Of a DNA stretch of 64,000 nucleotides, positions 1 to 12,102 are shown piece by piece. The stretch is taken from contig OX597820.1 of NCBI GenBank assembly GCA_951406725.2, positions 107,570,001 through 107,634,000 of the forward strand. Direction: 5' to 3'. This stretch comes from Octopus vulgaris. Lineage: Eukaryota. Position numbers and translations under genes: made by a program. The notes under the pieces were generated by a model. The model was not told where the DNA came from and did not search any database. It saw nothing but the letters and a program-made list of their open reading frames with translations. How positions within the stretch are numbered: the first letter of the stretch is position 1; each line of letters opens with the position of its first letter.

Positions 1-375
1 TTTACAAACCCAGTGAACATATATTTTCTATTTCAAAGAAATTCAAACAATAGATATAAGACCCAAGTTAAAAAGATTCTCAACAATTCAACTTCTCTGG
101 TTGACATTAAGATGCCCACCCCCAATAGGGGCCTTAACTCTCACATTTTAGAGCTACGTGACCTCCATTCTTCAGGAGCAAAATCCTTTTAACAGGTTCT
201 ATAAGACTGGAATTTTGGAATATGCGCATAAAAATCATTTGGCACGATTACAACTTTGTTTGGGTGTGTAAAGAGAGAAATAACTCATCTGCACTCCTGA
301 TGAAATTCAAAACATTGCTATTCCAGTTCATTACAGAAAATATAACAGAAAAGTCTAATTCTTCAATTGTGTGTA

Positions 376-404
376 ACTCGGGCAATGCCGGGTAACTCTG
401 CTAG
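376..404 (+). mobile_element. Helitron-type 3' terminus (5' part not delimited)
   Basis: Short GC hairpin ctcgg-gcaatg-ccggg followed ~8 nt later by CTAG and then T. The same motif occurs inverted at 1785-1812. Confidence 0.6.
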
Positions 405-411
405 TATATAC

Positions 412-880
412 ATATCATCATCATCATGGTTTAACGTCCGTTTTCCATGCTAGTATAAAAATAGGATCACATGCGGTCGTATCGTATAGGGAATACAATC
501 GCACGCGACCCCATTCTTAATGAAGTATTACAGACCAGATAATACATACAGTGGCAATTGAACATAAGTGGAATGACAACAAGATTTCTTTTTGAGATAT
601 ATACATTATTTATTCTACATATTTTACAATCATGTTGGTTGGAAGTTTGTAAGTGTTAGCATGTTTTTGTGTCTGTGTGTTCGTGAGGCATAAAAGGTGC
701 TGACCAGAGAAATAACAATGGAATTCGGTTCACAGTTCATGTTGTTGGTATCAGCCTAGCAACAGGTAGTAGCAGATGGCTTGGTTCGACCGGGGTCTGG
801 GAAGCCAGGAGGCTGCACCAGGCTCCCAGTCTGATCTGGCAGTGTTTCTACAGCTGGACGCCCTTCCGAAAACCAACCAC
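412..880 (-). mobile_element. RTE LINE 3'-tail fragments (412-452 and ~775-880), interrupted by other DNA
   Basis: (CAT)n + tttaacgtccgttttccatgctag and ggctgcaccaggctcc...tttctacagctgga match the 3' ends of the RTE copies at 7981, 17398 and 53165. Confidence 0.65.
456..519. repeat. Small imperfect palindrome (mini-MITE-like)
   Basis: Arms 456-482 and 493-519 are reverse complements at about 20 of 27 positions, and the mismatches are transitions. Confidence 0.45.
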
Positions 881-889
881 ATATTTATA

Positions 890-943
<54 letters not shown>

Positions 944-944
944 C

Positions 945-1067
945 TTTGTCAGTGAACAGGTCGCGGTCTCAAAGCGACGAAAATATTTTGACAAATCAAA
1001 TTTATATGTTGAAGTGAATCTAACGGTTTTGAGTGTTTATTAAATGGTTTATAAGCACCTTCCATGC

Positions 1068-1070
<3 letters not shown>
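945..1070 (+). ncRNA. Dispersed repeat carrying a minimal type I hammerhead-like motif with a G3-C8 variant core (copy 1)
   Basis: Stem I tttgtca 945-951 / tgacaaa 989-995, core GTGAACA 952-958, stem II GTCGC/GCGAC, then GAAA-ATAT-TT. Second copy at 40311-40437. Confidence 0.55.
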
Positions 1071-1113
<43 letters not shown>

Positions 1114-1259
1114 TATAGGTACGAAATATTCAGGCTGAATACTTGATAACTGTAAGCACCTGTATATGCCAGCTAGTGGTGTAGGTAATAGGATATATTT
1201 ATCAAAAGAAAAACAGGATGCAAAGGATTTTGTAGTAATCCTTTGCATCCTATATATGC

Positions 1260-1306
<47 letters not shown>

Positions 1307-1367
1307 CATATACATACATATATATATATATACATATATATATATAACCATATATATATATATACAT

Positions 1368-1750
1368 GGAGTGGCTGTGTGGTAAGTAGCTTGTTTACCA
1401 ACCACATGGTTCCGGATTCAGTCCCACTGCGTAGCACCTTGGGTAAGTGTCTTCTACTATAAGCCTCGGGTCGACCAAAGCCTTGTGAGTGGATTTGGTA
1501 GACGGAAACTGAAAGAAGCACGTCGTATATATGTACATATATATATATATGTGTCTGTGTTTGTCCCCCTAGCATTGCTTGACAACCGATGCTGGTGTGT
1601 TTATGTCCCTGTTACCTAGCGGTTCGGCAAAAGAGACCGATAGAATAAGTACTGGGCTTACAAAAGAATAAGTCGCGGGGTCGAGTTGCTCGATTAAAGG
1701 CGGTGCTCCAACATGGCCGCAGTCAAATGACTGAAACAAGTAAAAGAGTA
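1368..1750 (+). mobile_element. tRNA-derived SINE with internal (TA/TG)n and a CR1-like tail
   Basis: A-box-like TGGCTGTGTGG and B-box-like GATTCAGTCCC. Closely similar copy at 40518-40914. Ends in taaaagagta. Confidence 0.85.
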
Positions 1751-1927
1751 TACATATATATATACATACATATATATATACATGCTAACAGCATAACTCG
1801 GCCTTGCCCGGGATTAAGTTACGATTATTAAGCTAATCAAGTTCTTTATTTCAAACCAAACTAAGTAATATAGATGTCAAATTTGGGCGAAATCCATTGA
1901 AATTAGTAATATTATATATATATTATA

Positions 1928-2200
1928 TCTTTATATATAAAAGTGAAGTTGTGTGTCTGTCTCCTACGATTTAGATTCCTAACTACTCCCACATTTTGCG
2001 ATGCAGTTTAACCAAAACCGGGTATCTTATAGTCGTAATTCATATCGAGCCCTTCTGGGTATTAGCGCGCGTCTACGATGAGTCTATGATTTAAAAAAAA
2101 ATTACCATCATTTTTTTCTATTTTTTGGCTATAACTCTCTAAAAATGCTTATATAGTTATTTCCCTTACAAACCCGAGGAACGCCGGGCGATACTGCTAG
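1928..2200 (+). mobile_element. Non-autonomous Helitron, complete short copy
   Basis: Starts TCTTTATATATAAAAG after an A. Ends with hairpin cccgaggaacgccggg + CTAG before a T (A|T target, no TSD). Confidence 0.85.
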
Positions 2201-2405
2201 TATATTATATATATATAATATGATATAAATATATATGGGCAACATACACGAACACACATGTACGTACGTACACCTATTGCATGTTTTGTGCACGCATACA
2301 TGTTCATAAACAGAAATGAATGGAAAAAATGTTAAATTTGTAGATTAACACTCGCACGATTTTCACAAAAAAAAATTGGAATCAACTACTCTCACCTCAA
2401 AACTC

Positions 2406-3962
2406 TTTTTTATCTAGTTTCAGCTCAGAGCTGCAGCCATGCTGATGCAACGCCGTTTTGTGCTACACTGTTATTACGATGTACCTCGTCTAATATGTGG
2501 CACTTGGTGAAGAATGGAGTTTGATACAGCTACTCTCATTTGCACCTCTTGCCGTGAGGTAGGTTCATCTGGGACTCTTGACAGGAAGATGTCCAGCTTT
2601 GATTTAAAAACTGCTACATCTACTTTGTGCAAGTTCCTCAGACTCTTTGGGAGAATATTAAAAAGCTGTGGGCCCTTGAAACCCAGGCTGTTGCAGAAGC
2701 TGGTCCTGAAGCGTGATGTTTTCCAGCTATGCCGAGGTCACGTAGTTTGTGGCATATCATACCATGATCCACCTTGTCAAAACCTTTTGCAAAATCAAGG
2801 TAGATTACGTCCACATTTGATTTGTTGAGTAACTGCCTCAACACCCAGTCATATTGCTGTAAGAGCTGGGTCAGGCAGCTCCTACCTGGTCGAAAACCAT
2901 GCTGGGTATTACTCAGCAAGTTATTTTCCTCAAGGAATGCGATTAGTTTCTTTCTGACTATCCGTTCCAAGACTTTGCTGATGTGTGAAGTCAGAGAGAT
3001 AGGCCTATAGTTTTTGGCATCTGCTCTACTTCCCCCTTTATGTATTGGGCATATTATTCCCTCCTTCAGCTTGCTTGGCAGTTTGCCATTCGCAAGAAAG
3101 CTCTGGAAGAGAATCTTGAGGGGTTTTGCCAGGGCATGCTTACACGCTTTGAGGAGGATTGCTGAGAAACCATCAGGACCAGCAGTTGAGTTTGTGTCCA
3201 CTTCATCTATGGCTAGTAGGACATCTTTTTCGCTAATGTTAATACATTCTATTGTAACTGCCTCGCTGGTTATAGGTGAGGCGGCAAAGAAATCCACTGG
3301 TTCGTTCACTTGTCTGTGTTCCAACGGGGTGGTAAAGATACTTTTGAACTGGTCATTCAGCATCTCGCTGATCATAGTTGGACTGTCTGTGAGGGAGCCA
3401 TCCTTTTGGAGGAGGGGTCCTATCTTGTAGTGCACTGAGACTGTTTCTTTCGCGTAATGAAAGAAGGCCTTTGGGTTTGATTTAATGTTTTTTATAACCC
3501 AGGCTTCTTTGTCTGCTTTCTCCTTCACATAGGATTGTTGCAGCCTTTTTTCGATCTCCATCAGTGTTGTTTTTAGGCGGGACGTTTCGCTACTTTTGGA
3601 ATGTTGGTTGAGACGATTTGCAACCTTCGTCCGTCGTCTCATGAGGATCTTCCTGTCTCTTGGAATCTTGCTCCTATTTGTTTTGGCCTTGTGCTCTGGG
3701 ACATATTTCTGGCATACGGCTTGCACAGAAGAATGAAATATTCTAGTTTCATGTCAATGTCTGGTGTGGAGAGACATTCCGGCCAGTCCTCTCTGAGGAT
3801 CTCTTTTTGGATCGATTTCCAATCTGCTTTGTGGAAGTTCAGATTGGAGAGATTTCGGGTGCATCCTTTAGGCTGTATGTCTCTGGTTACTTTCGGCCCA
3901 AACATAGACAGCTCTATTATGTTGTGATCCGAAACTGATGTCGGTGTCACTTTTCACATCAT
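2406..3962 (-). mobile_element. CR1-clade LINE, 5'-truncated and internally deleted
   Basis: APE C-terminus SDHNII, then RT N-half (GPDG, NYRPISLTSHISKVLERIV, QHGFRPGRSC, YLDFAKGFDKVDH) in ORF 2638-3726. The sequence then jumps to a CR1 C-terminal segment (GPQLFNILP...FKSKLD) and an A-rich tail. Confidence 0.85.
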
Positions 3963-5323
3963 TTATATATAATATAAATATATATGGGCAACAGACACGA
4001 ACACACATGTACGTACGTACACCTATTGCATGCTTTGTGCACGCATACATGTTCATAAACAGAAATGAATGGAAAAAATATTGTTAAATTTGTAGATTAA
4101 CACTCGCACAATTTTCACTAAGAAAAATATTCGGTTTTTTTTTTTTTGCATGGAATCAACTACTGTGGCCTCAAAACCCTTTTTGTAGTCCGTGAAACGG
4201 AGTGGGGTGGGGTGTGGTGGAAGACTCGCAAATTGTACCCATTTATATTGTGTAATTCACTGACAAATTTTTACTCACCTCTTTGTTTTTTTTGTTGTTA
4301 AATAAATGGATTGTCAACAAAACAGTTTTTTACTCGGCGTAAAAAAAACAAACTCTTTCGCACCCAAAGTAATGTGTGTGAGAGAGAGAGGGGGGAGAAA
4401 GATGAACGATTTAAAATAAATGATTTAAAATAAATATATTATAATTGTTGTGTGAGAAAGTATATATACTATGATTATAAAATATAGTGTGTCTTTCAAA
4501 AACAAGAAACAAAACATTTTACATTTTATTTTTTATGAACGTCATCACTTGCTCTCTTTCTCTCTCCCTCTCTCACTTTGTCTTTCCCGTGAAACTCTCT
4601 GCCTCCTTCCACTTTTCTTTATCTTATTTTTTTTTTGTTAGACGCGGTCAAAAAGCAATGGCCGATAGTTTTATGGCTAAAAGCTATGCCTGAAAATAGA
4701 TATTTACGCTATCCCTGGGTGCCTCGGGGAAAAAAAAAGTTGACAAAACCCAGATACGTGTTGACAAATGTCCTCCTAAAATTTGAGTGACATGCGTGCT
4801 AATTTGTGGATGTGCATAAATTACAACCGCGTACACGGCGCGCGCGCACACACACATCCTCCCTTTTATAGATATGATGTTTTGTTGAGAATTAATCCGG
4901 TTTTTTTTTACAGCGAAGAGGGAAGTAAATTTTTACCTCTCTACATACATACTACATATGCACGCTACTGGAAAGACTTCCTCCCAAATTTTTTATTTTT
5001 ATTTTTGCATTTTGAAATTTACCCTCCACCACGACCACCATTCATTTCTGACATTTTCCCTATCCCTAAAACCTCAAACCCTAGCAGATTGGTATTCTCC
5101 GTAACCGAAAACAGGGGTTTGTGTTGAAAAAAAGAAATAAATAAAGGTGGGGGTTTGGGGGGGGGGGTACAAAAGGAAGTCTTGCCCATGCCATTAGATA
5201 TATATATATATATATACATATGTATGTATGTATATGTCTACATTTTACCTGTCTACACACACGCTATTATATATATGTATATATATTTACACACCAAATA
5301 TACACAATATTATATATATTTAA

Positions 5324-5611
5324 CTAGCAGTTGCTCGGGTTTGTAAGGGAAATAACTATATAAGCATTTTTAGAGAGTAACCTTCCTTATATAATAGCAA
5401 AAAATGCATTAAAAATGGGAAAAAATATTATGGTAAATTTTTTTTTAAATCGTAGACTCATCGTAGACGCGCGCCAATACCTAGAAGGGCTCGATATGAA
5501 TCACAACTATAAGATACCCGGTTTTGGTTAAACTGCACCGCAAAATGTGGGAGTAGTTAGGAATCTAAATTGTAGGAAACAGACACACAACTTCACTTTT
5601 ATATATAAAGA
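5324..5611 (-). mobile_element. Non-autonomous Helitron, second copy of the 1928-2200 family
   Basis: Reverse complement of 1928-2200 with TC start, CTAG end and A|T target. The 3' hairpin is partly deleted. Confidence 0.85.
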
Positions 5612-6188
5612 TAACGAACCATGTAATTCACGCACTGGAAATTTTATTTCTGTAAAATGTTGAGATTGGGTACAATTTCCGAAGCTTCCATCTCACCCCA
5701 CCCCGTTTTTCGAACCGCAAAAAGGGTTTTGTAACATATTAGGGTGTCACAAGAATTCATTCAGCAGAAAAAAAAATTTCCAATTTTTCCAAGACGGGGT
5801 GGGTTTCCCCGTCTCGCCCCCTCTTTTTCAAACCAAAATAAGGGATTTGTAGCATGTTAGGGTAAGGAGGTCAGAATACTTGATTCCACGCAAAAAATCC
5901 GAATTTAAAAAAAAATTTTTTCCATGGCAAAAATTCTGGGGTGGGTGCTCTCCCACCACCTTCCAGACCAATTCTGGACCAAAATATGGGATTTGCAGCA
6001 TATTACAAGGTCAAGGTACTTGATTCCACGCAAAAAATCAGAGTTTTTTTTTTTTCCTTAGTGAAAATCGTGTGGGTGTTACTCTGAAAATTTACCGAAA
6101 AATATGAAATTCTTCAAATGTCATGTGAAATCTGTGATGAGCTTGAGTGATGCTGATGACCTGAAATCGCTTCTGATAAGCATATGTA

Positions 6189-6237
<49 letters not shown>

Positions 6238-6277
6238 ACACACACACACATGCACATATATATATATATATCCATAT

Positions 6278-6309
<32 letters not shown>

Positions 6310-6484
6310 AATTTGAGGGAATATTATTCCTAACTTACAGGGAAAAATTCAATTTAGAAATACTAAATCAAATTTCACAAAATATAATATATATATAAAA
6401 ATTAGAAAAAAACACCTTTTATCAATTCAAAATGAACAATTAAATTACACCATCTAGAAAATTACACACAAACACATGTATATA

Positions 6485-7650
6485 TAGGGTGCGTAAGGTA
6501 TTTGAGGCATTTTTTGCTAACTCTGTATAATCTTTGTTTCAGAAAATAATAATGGCAGACTCTCAGCTTACTCAAGAAATGAAGAGGCATGCTGTTATTG
6601 TGGTTATGTAGGCTGAGCATAGGTATTTAAAAGTATCTCGATTTTTAAAAGTTGCCAGATTTTTCGCCTGTAAAGTTTGTAAGGAGCTAGACTGAAGATG
6701 GAAACGTATCACCAGTATCAAGGCATAAAAAGCATTTTAAATGCTCTGAAATCATCAGAACATCTGAATTTATCCAGCAAGTTCAACAAACCATTGATTA
6801 CAATCTCAAAATGCCCACGAGGTCAATTGCAATAGATTTCCATGTGTCGGAAATGTTGTCCATGAAGATATCAAGTATATGATGAGGCAAGGTCAGTTTG
6901 TCAGAAAAAGCAAAAGAAAATCACTACGTTAGATTTAAATGGCTGTTAAACAAACTGGAAAATCCAGTAGCAGCAGATTTGATTTGGTTTTTCTCAAACG
7001 AGAAAAACTTCGACCAAGATCAGAAAGTTAATATAAGAAATGACAGATGGTTATGTGCGGACCCCTTCTGAAATTCCAAGTGCTATGCATGCAAAATTTC
7101 CTGCAACTGTCATGGTTTTAGGGATTGTCAGCAATGAAGGACATGTGATGCCTCCTTACTTCTTTCCACAAGGCCTAAAAGTTAACTCTACCACCTACAT
7201 TGAGGTCCTGGAAACACTTGTTAAGCTCTAGATAGACAGTTTATGCAATAGAAGGCTATATGTTTTAGTAAGACTTTGCACTATCACACAAGGCTCTAGT
7301 TACACAGGAATGTATAGCTGAAAATTTTCCTGATCACACAATCCCTCCTATTTGACCTCCAAATTCCCCAGATCTCAATCCACTGGACTTTTACATTTGG
7401 AGCCCATAACACCAAAGATTCTTTGAAAGTTGTCAGAGCCTGAGTAATGTCCAAAATGAACCAGGACCATTCGAGCATGTAGATGATTTAGATCTCATAT
7501 AGAAGCAATTGTTGAGGCTGAAGGTGGCTTTATTGAATAACATTATAGAAAAGAAGATTTATTTTTATCCTCATAGCATTTTTTGAGTTATGTTATTATA
7601 TATATTTTTTTATAAACATAAATCTGTCTTCAAATATCTTACACACCCTT
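6485..7650 (+). mobile_element. Tc1/mariner DNA transposon (maT/DD37D-like), decayed
   Basis: TIRs agggtgcgtaaggtatttga / tcaaatatcttacacaccct with TA flanks. Broken transposase with FSNEKNF, KFPATVMVLGIVSNEG and PPNSPDLNPLDFYIW. Confidence 0.85.
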
Positions 7651-7735
7651 TATATATGCATATCTATATATACACATGAATTTATATATATACATACATA
7701 TATATATATATGCATGTGTATATATAGATATTCAC

Positions 7736-7794
<59 letters not shown>

Positions 7795-7920
7795 CATGTA
7801 TATATATATACACATATACACACACATATATATATATATATACACACATATATATATATACATATAATATATATATTGTTATATTTCGGAATGGTCATTT
7901 TGCAAGTTTAGCCAATAAAC

Positions 7921-7961
<41 letters not shown>

Positions 7962-7980
7962 TACATATACATATATATAT

Positions 7981-10745
7981 CATCATCATCATCATCGTTT
8001 AACGTCTGCTTTCCATGCTAGCATGGGTTGGACGATTTTGACTGAGGGCTGGCAAACTAGATGGCTGCACCAGGCTCCAGTCTTGATCTGGCAGAGTTTC
8101 TACAGCTGGATGCCCTTCCTAACACCAACCACTCCAAGAGTGTAGTGGGTGCTTTTTACATGCCACCGGCACGGGTGCCAGTCAGGCGGCGCTGGCAACG
8201 ACCTCGCTCGAAGCTTTTTACACGTGCCAGTGAAGCGACGTTGGTATTGATCATACTCGTATGGGTACGAAAGCTAGTTGGCTGCTCTGGCAACGATCAC
8301 GATCGGGTGGTGCTCTTGGCACCCTACTAGCACAGGCATAAGTGCCAGTAAGGCAACATTAGTAATGATCATACTCAAATAGCCACTCTGTCAATGATCA
8401 CACTAGTATGGTGCTCTTTGCACACGGTTAGCACGAATGCCAGTCATCGAATTGATTTTGATTTGATTTTGATTTCACTTGCCTCAACAGGTCTTCACAA
8501 GCAGAGTTTAGTGACCAAAGAAGGAAAAGGTATGCATAAGCGGGCTGGTTACGCTCCTGGCATAGGCCACATTATGGTCTTATTTGGCTTGCTGGGTCTT
8601 CTCAAGCACAGCATATTTCCAAAAGTTTCAGTCGCTAGTCATTTACTTGGTGAGCCCTAATTTTCGAAGGTCGTGCTTCACCACCTCATCCCAGGTCTTC
8701 CTGGGTCTACCTCTTCCACAGGTTCCCTCAACCGCTAGGGTGTGGCACTTTTTCATGCAGCTATCCTCATCCATTCTTGCCACATGACCATACCAGCGCA
8801 GTCGTCTCTCTTGCACACCAGATCTAATGCTTTTTAGGTCCAACTTTTATCTCAAGGTACTTTCACTCTGTCGAGTATGCACACTGACATTACACATCCA
8901 GTGGAGCATACTGGCTTCATTCCTTGCGAACTTACGCATGTCCTCAGCAGTCACAGCCCTGTGTAGCATGGCTGTTCGTACACATGCATCATACAGTCTA
9001 CCTTTTACTCTGAGCGAGAGGCCCTTTGTCACCAGCAGAGGTAAGAGCTCTCTGAACTTTGCCCAAGCTATTCTTATTCTAGCAGCTACACTTTCAGCGC
9101 ACCCTCCTTTGCTACTGACTTGGTCACCTAGATAACGGAAGCTATCAACTACTTCTAGTTTTTCTCCCTGGAATGTGGCGGAAGTTGGTCTCTGCGCATT
9201 TTCAATGTCTATCGCTCCCAAGCATCTGCCACATACAAAAACTACCTAATTAGCCTTCCTTTGATATTACTGCACCTCTTATGTGTCCATAGCTTACATT
9301 GGGTACATCTTATAGAGATTCTACCTACGCCTCTACTACAGATCGAGCAGGGTCATCTACCTGAAGGGATTTGTGATTTGCCTGCCTTCCTACTTATTAG
9401 GACTTTGGTTTTAGCTAGGTTGATTTTAAGGCCCTTCAATTCTAATCCTTGTTTCCACACTTGAAACTTCTCCTCTAGTTCTGATAGTGACTCAGCAATT
9501 AGAGCAAGGTCGTCAGCATTGAGGAGCTCCCAGGGGCATCCTGTCTTGAATTCTTCCGTTATGGCCTGGAGGACTATGATAAATAGGAGGGGGCTGAGGA
9601 CTGAACCTTGGTGGACCCCTACCTCTACATTGAATTCTTCAGTGTACTGGTTGCCAACCCTTGCCTTACAGCGTCCCTGTACATGGCTTGCACAGCTCTC
9701 ACTAACCATTCATCTATCCCTAGTTTCCTCATTGACCACCAGATAAGGGATCGGGGGACCCTGTCAAAAACTTTCTCCATGTCGACGAAAGCCAGGTACA
9801 GGGGCTTATCTTTGGCTAGGTATTTCTCCTGTAGCTATCTCACCAGGAATATAGCATCAGTGGTACTTTTCCCTGACACAAACTCAAACTACATCTCATC
9901 TAAACCAACTCCTTCCTTAATTAGTTGGGCTATGACTCTCTCTGTGACCTTCATTACCTGATCCAACAACTTGATACCTCTGTAGTTATTTGTATCTAAA
10001 GCGTCACCTTTACCTTTGTAGCAGTTGACTATTATGCTGCTACACCAGTCATTGGGTATGACTCCTTTGTGTATCACCTGGTTAACTATACGGGTGACTA
10101 GGCTATAGTAATTCCTGATGGGCCTGGGGATTTCCCTGTCTTCATGCTTCTAATTGCCTTAACTACCAAGGAACTGTCAACTCAGCTGGTCCCTCTGTTG
10201 TGTTGACGTTCGGCAGACTCTCTTTATCCCATTCATTTTCTTTATTCAGCAACCTTTCATAATGGCGTCTCCAAACCTCTCTCTCTTTGCATCCTCATTT
10301 AGCGCAAGAGAACCATCATCCATGCGGACACATTTCTGTCCTACCACATCACGATTCTCTCTCACACACTGTCTTGCAACACGAAATACCTCAAGTCTTT
10401 GGTGCTCACGGCACAGAACATTGGCAAATTTTTTCTTATCTGCTTCCCCTCTGGCTAAATAAACCTGCCTCTTAGCAGTCTGATACACTTCCCTGCTACC
10501 ACCGTTCTTCCAGTCCTTCCAAGCCTGTTTCTTTTGTCTAATAGCCTTGTCAACAACATTGATCCACCACCACATTATTTTGGGTTCGGAGGGGTCTTTG
10601 CACCATCCACAGAACTGGTCGGTGGCCCTTAGCAGGTTGTCCCGTAGGAACCTCCAGTTGTCTTCTATACCATGTGAAGCTATATCCCCTTCTACTTTGT
10701 CAAAGGCTCTGAGTAATATGTCTCTAAATCTCTGTCCATTAGCAG
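7981..10745 (-). mobile_element. RTE-clade LINE, 5'-truncated, frameshifted
   Basis: NYRGIKLLDQVMKV, GVHQGSVLSPLLF, ELLNADDLAL, RRLRWYGHVARM and GRGRPRKTW. The 3' UTR has tandem units and a (GAT)n tail. Flanked by (TA)n on both sides. Confidence 0.92.
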
Positions 10746-10776
<31 letters not shown>

Positions 10777-10782
10777 AAAAGG

Positions 10783-11735
10783 GGTACAGCGAACTTGCAG
10801 TGAGGAGTAGAATATCCAACATTTCAGATGCAATCCTTCATCATAGGGTAGAGAAAAAGAAAAGGTGAAGAAAAACAGTTTTACATGCTCTCAGCTTGAA
10901 AAACCTGCTGCAACTGACAACGGACACAGAAGAACACAGGCTGCAAACGTGAAACAGAAGAGGGCATGCAGAAAGGAGGAGGAAAAGAGTGATGGAGAGA
11001 GAGTAGAGATAAGTAAATAGGGGGTATTACAGAGAGAGGGTGGAAGGAGGATTAAAAATGGTAAAAAATAATTAAGAGGTGAAACAATGAAAGGAAAAAC
11101 ATTCATTCGCACCAGTCAGGGACGTAGTACTAGGGTCAAATATGAGATGTTGCTCCTTTCATTTCCTAGAGAAGGGAAAGTCATTGGTGCAATGCCATGC
11201 CACACACTGATAAATCTGCAATATAATGATTTGCAGTGGTGATGTGTTTTGGTGACAGGTTGGCTTAGTGTATGTAGCATTATGCTTCTGATATGTTTGC
11301 CCTGTTTCTCCAAGAGTTTGCATATGATGCAATATATGAGATTTGCCAAAGTGCAACAGAAGTGGTGTGTTATGTGATATTGCTTCTTGAGCCCCGTGAT
11401 GGTGGTAATATTGATATAGGGGCATGTGTTACATCATTAGTGAGAATATTTAAAGGTTCCTGGTTGTATGGAGCTGAGAGCTGTGAAGCTTCTAACAAGA
11501 TTTCTAAGACTGTTATCTTTAAAAGACAGAAGAGACAGTGTGGGAAAGATAAGGGTGGTTGTTGGGTCAAAACGGAGAATGTGAAAGTTGTGGGTGAGTT
11601 TGTATTTTAGAGGGAGGATGGATGGGTGGTAGGTGAGAAAGAGAGAATCCGGTCAGTGGAAGTGTGTGAAGACAGTAGGAAAGCTGTGGTGCAGTTGATT
11701 GCTCGGGCTCGGTGGGCAACTGATGGAGGGTACCC
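10783..11735 (-). mobile_element. Penelope-like element 3' remnant (GIY-YIG region + pLTR with decayed hammerhead)
   Basis: ANLIYCIIC...GETGQ GIY-YIG-like motif. On the minus strand at ~10815-10848, atgatga-aggat-tgc-atct-gaaa. Inverted pLTR copy at 15909-16030. Confidence 0.65.
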
Positions 11736-11851
11736 TTAATTCAGAAAAAACTGTTACATTGTTCTGCAATGAGATTCGAAATCCGAATTGATGCTACAAA
11801 GTCGTCGAAGATGAAGAAATTGAGAGAAAGGCATGGCAGATTTAATGTGTT

Positions 11852-12102
11852 TGTGGTGTGTGCGAGAGATTTGAAACAAAGGCACCTACCTTCTCTTCGC
11901 TCTGATGGAGACCCTTCAGCAGTAACAGATCCTCCAACACAGCCTGACCCGAATGCTAGAGATAGCAGCTGCTTCACCCAACCTTGACAACACGGTCACC
12001 CATCTTAACCCCGCGACGACCTGAGTTGAAAAGACAGAAATCCCCGCTCGCGTCCTGGCTGCCCCTTCCGGTCAGCTCCCCAGCTGCTGACATCATCCCA
12101 CA
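11852..12102 (-). repeat. 3' LTR of the Gypsy element
   Basis: TGTGG...CCACA termini, 251 bp. About 23 differences from 15653-15903 by manual count, mostly transitions. Purine-rich tract adjacent at 12103-12112 (minus strand). Confidence 0.95.

Larger units (their letters stand above)
1785..6190. mobile_element. Nest of non-autonomous Helitron-like sequence hosting other insertions
   Basis: Minus-strand Helitron-like 3' end at 1785-1812 and a TC...TATAAAA-type 5' end on the minus strand near 4878. Sub-repeats at ~3990-4245 recur inverted at ~5665-6100. The outer boundaries are uncertain. Confidence 0.45.

Noticed and set aside
949-1575. YI/HT/CV-rich ORFs here and at 6104, 7650-8021, 20438, 35913, 50391, 52186, 56527 and 62010
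   Set aside because: They are translations of (TA)n, (CA)n and (AAT)n microsatellites, not proteins.
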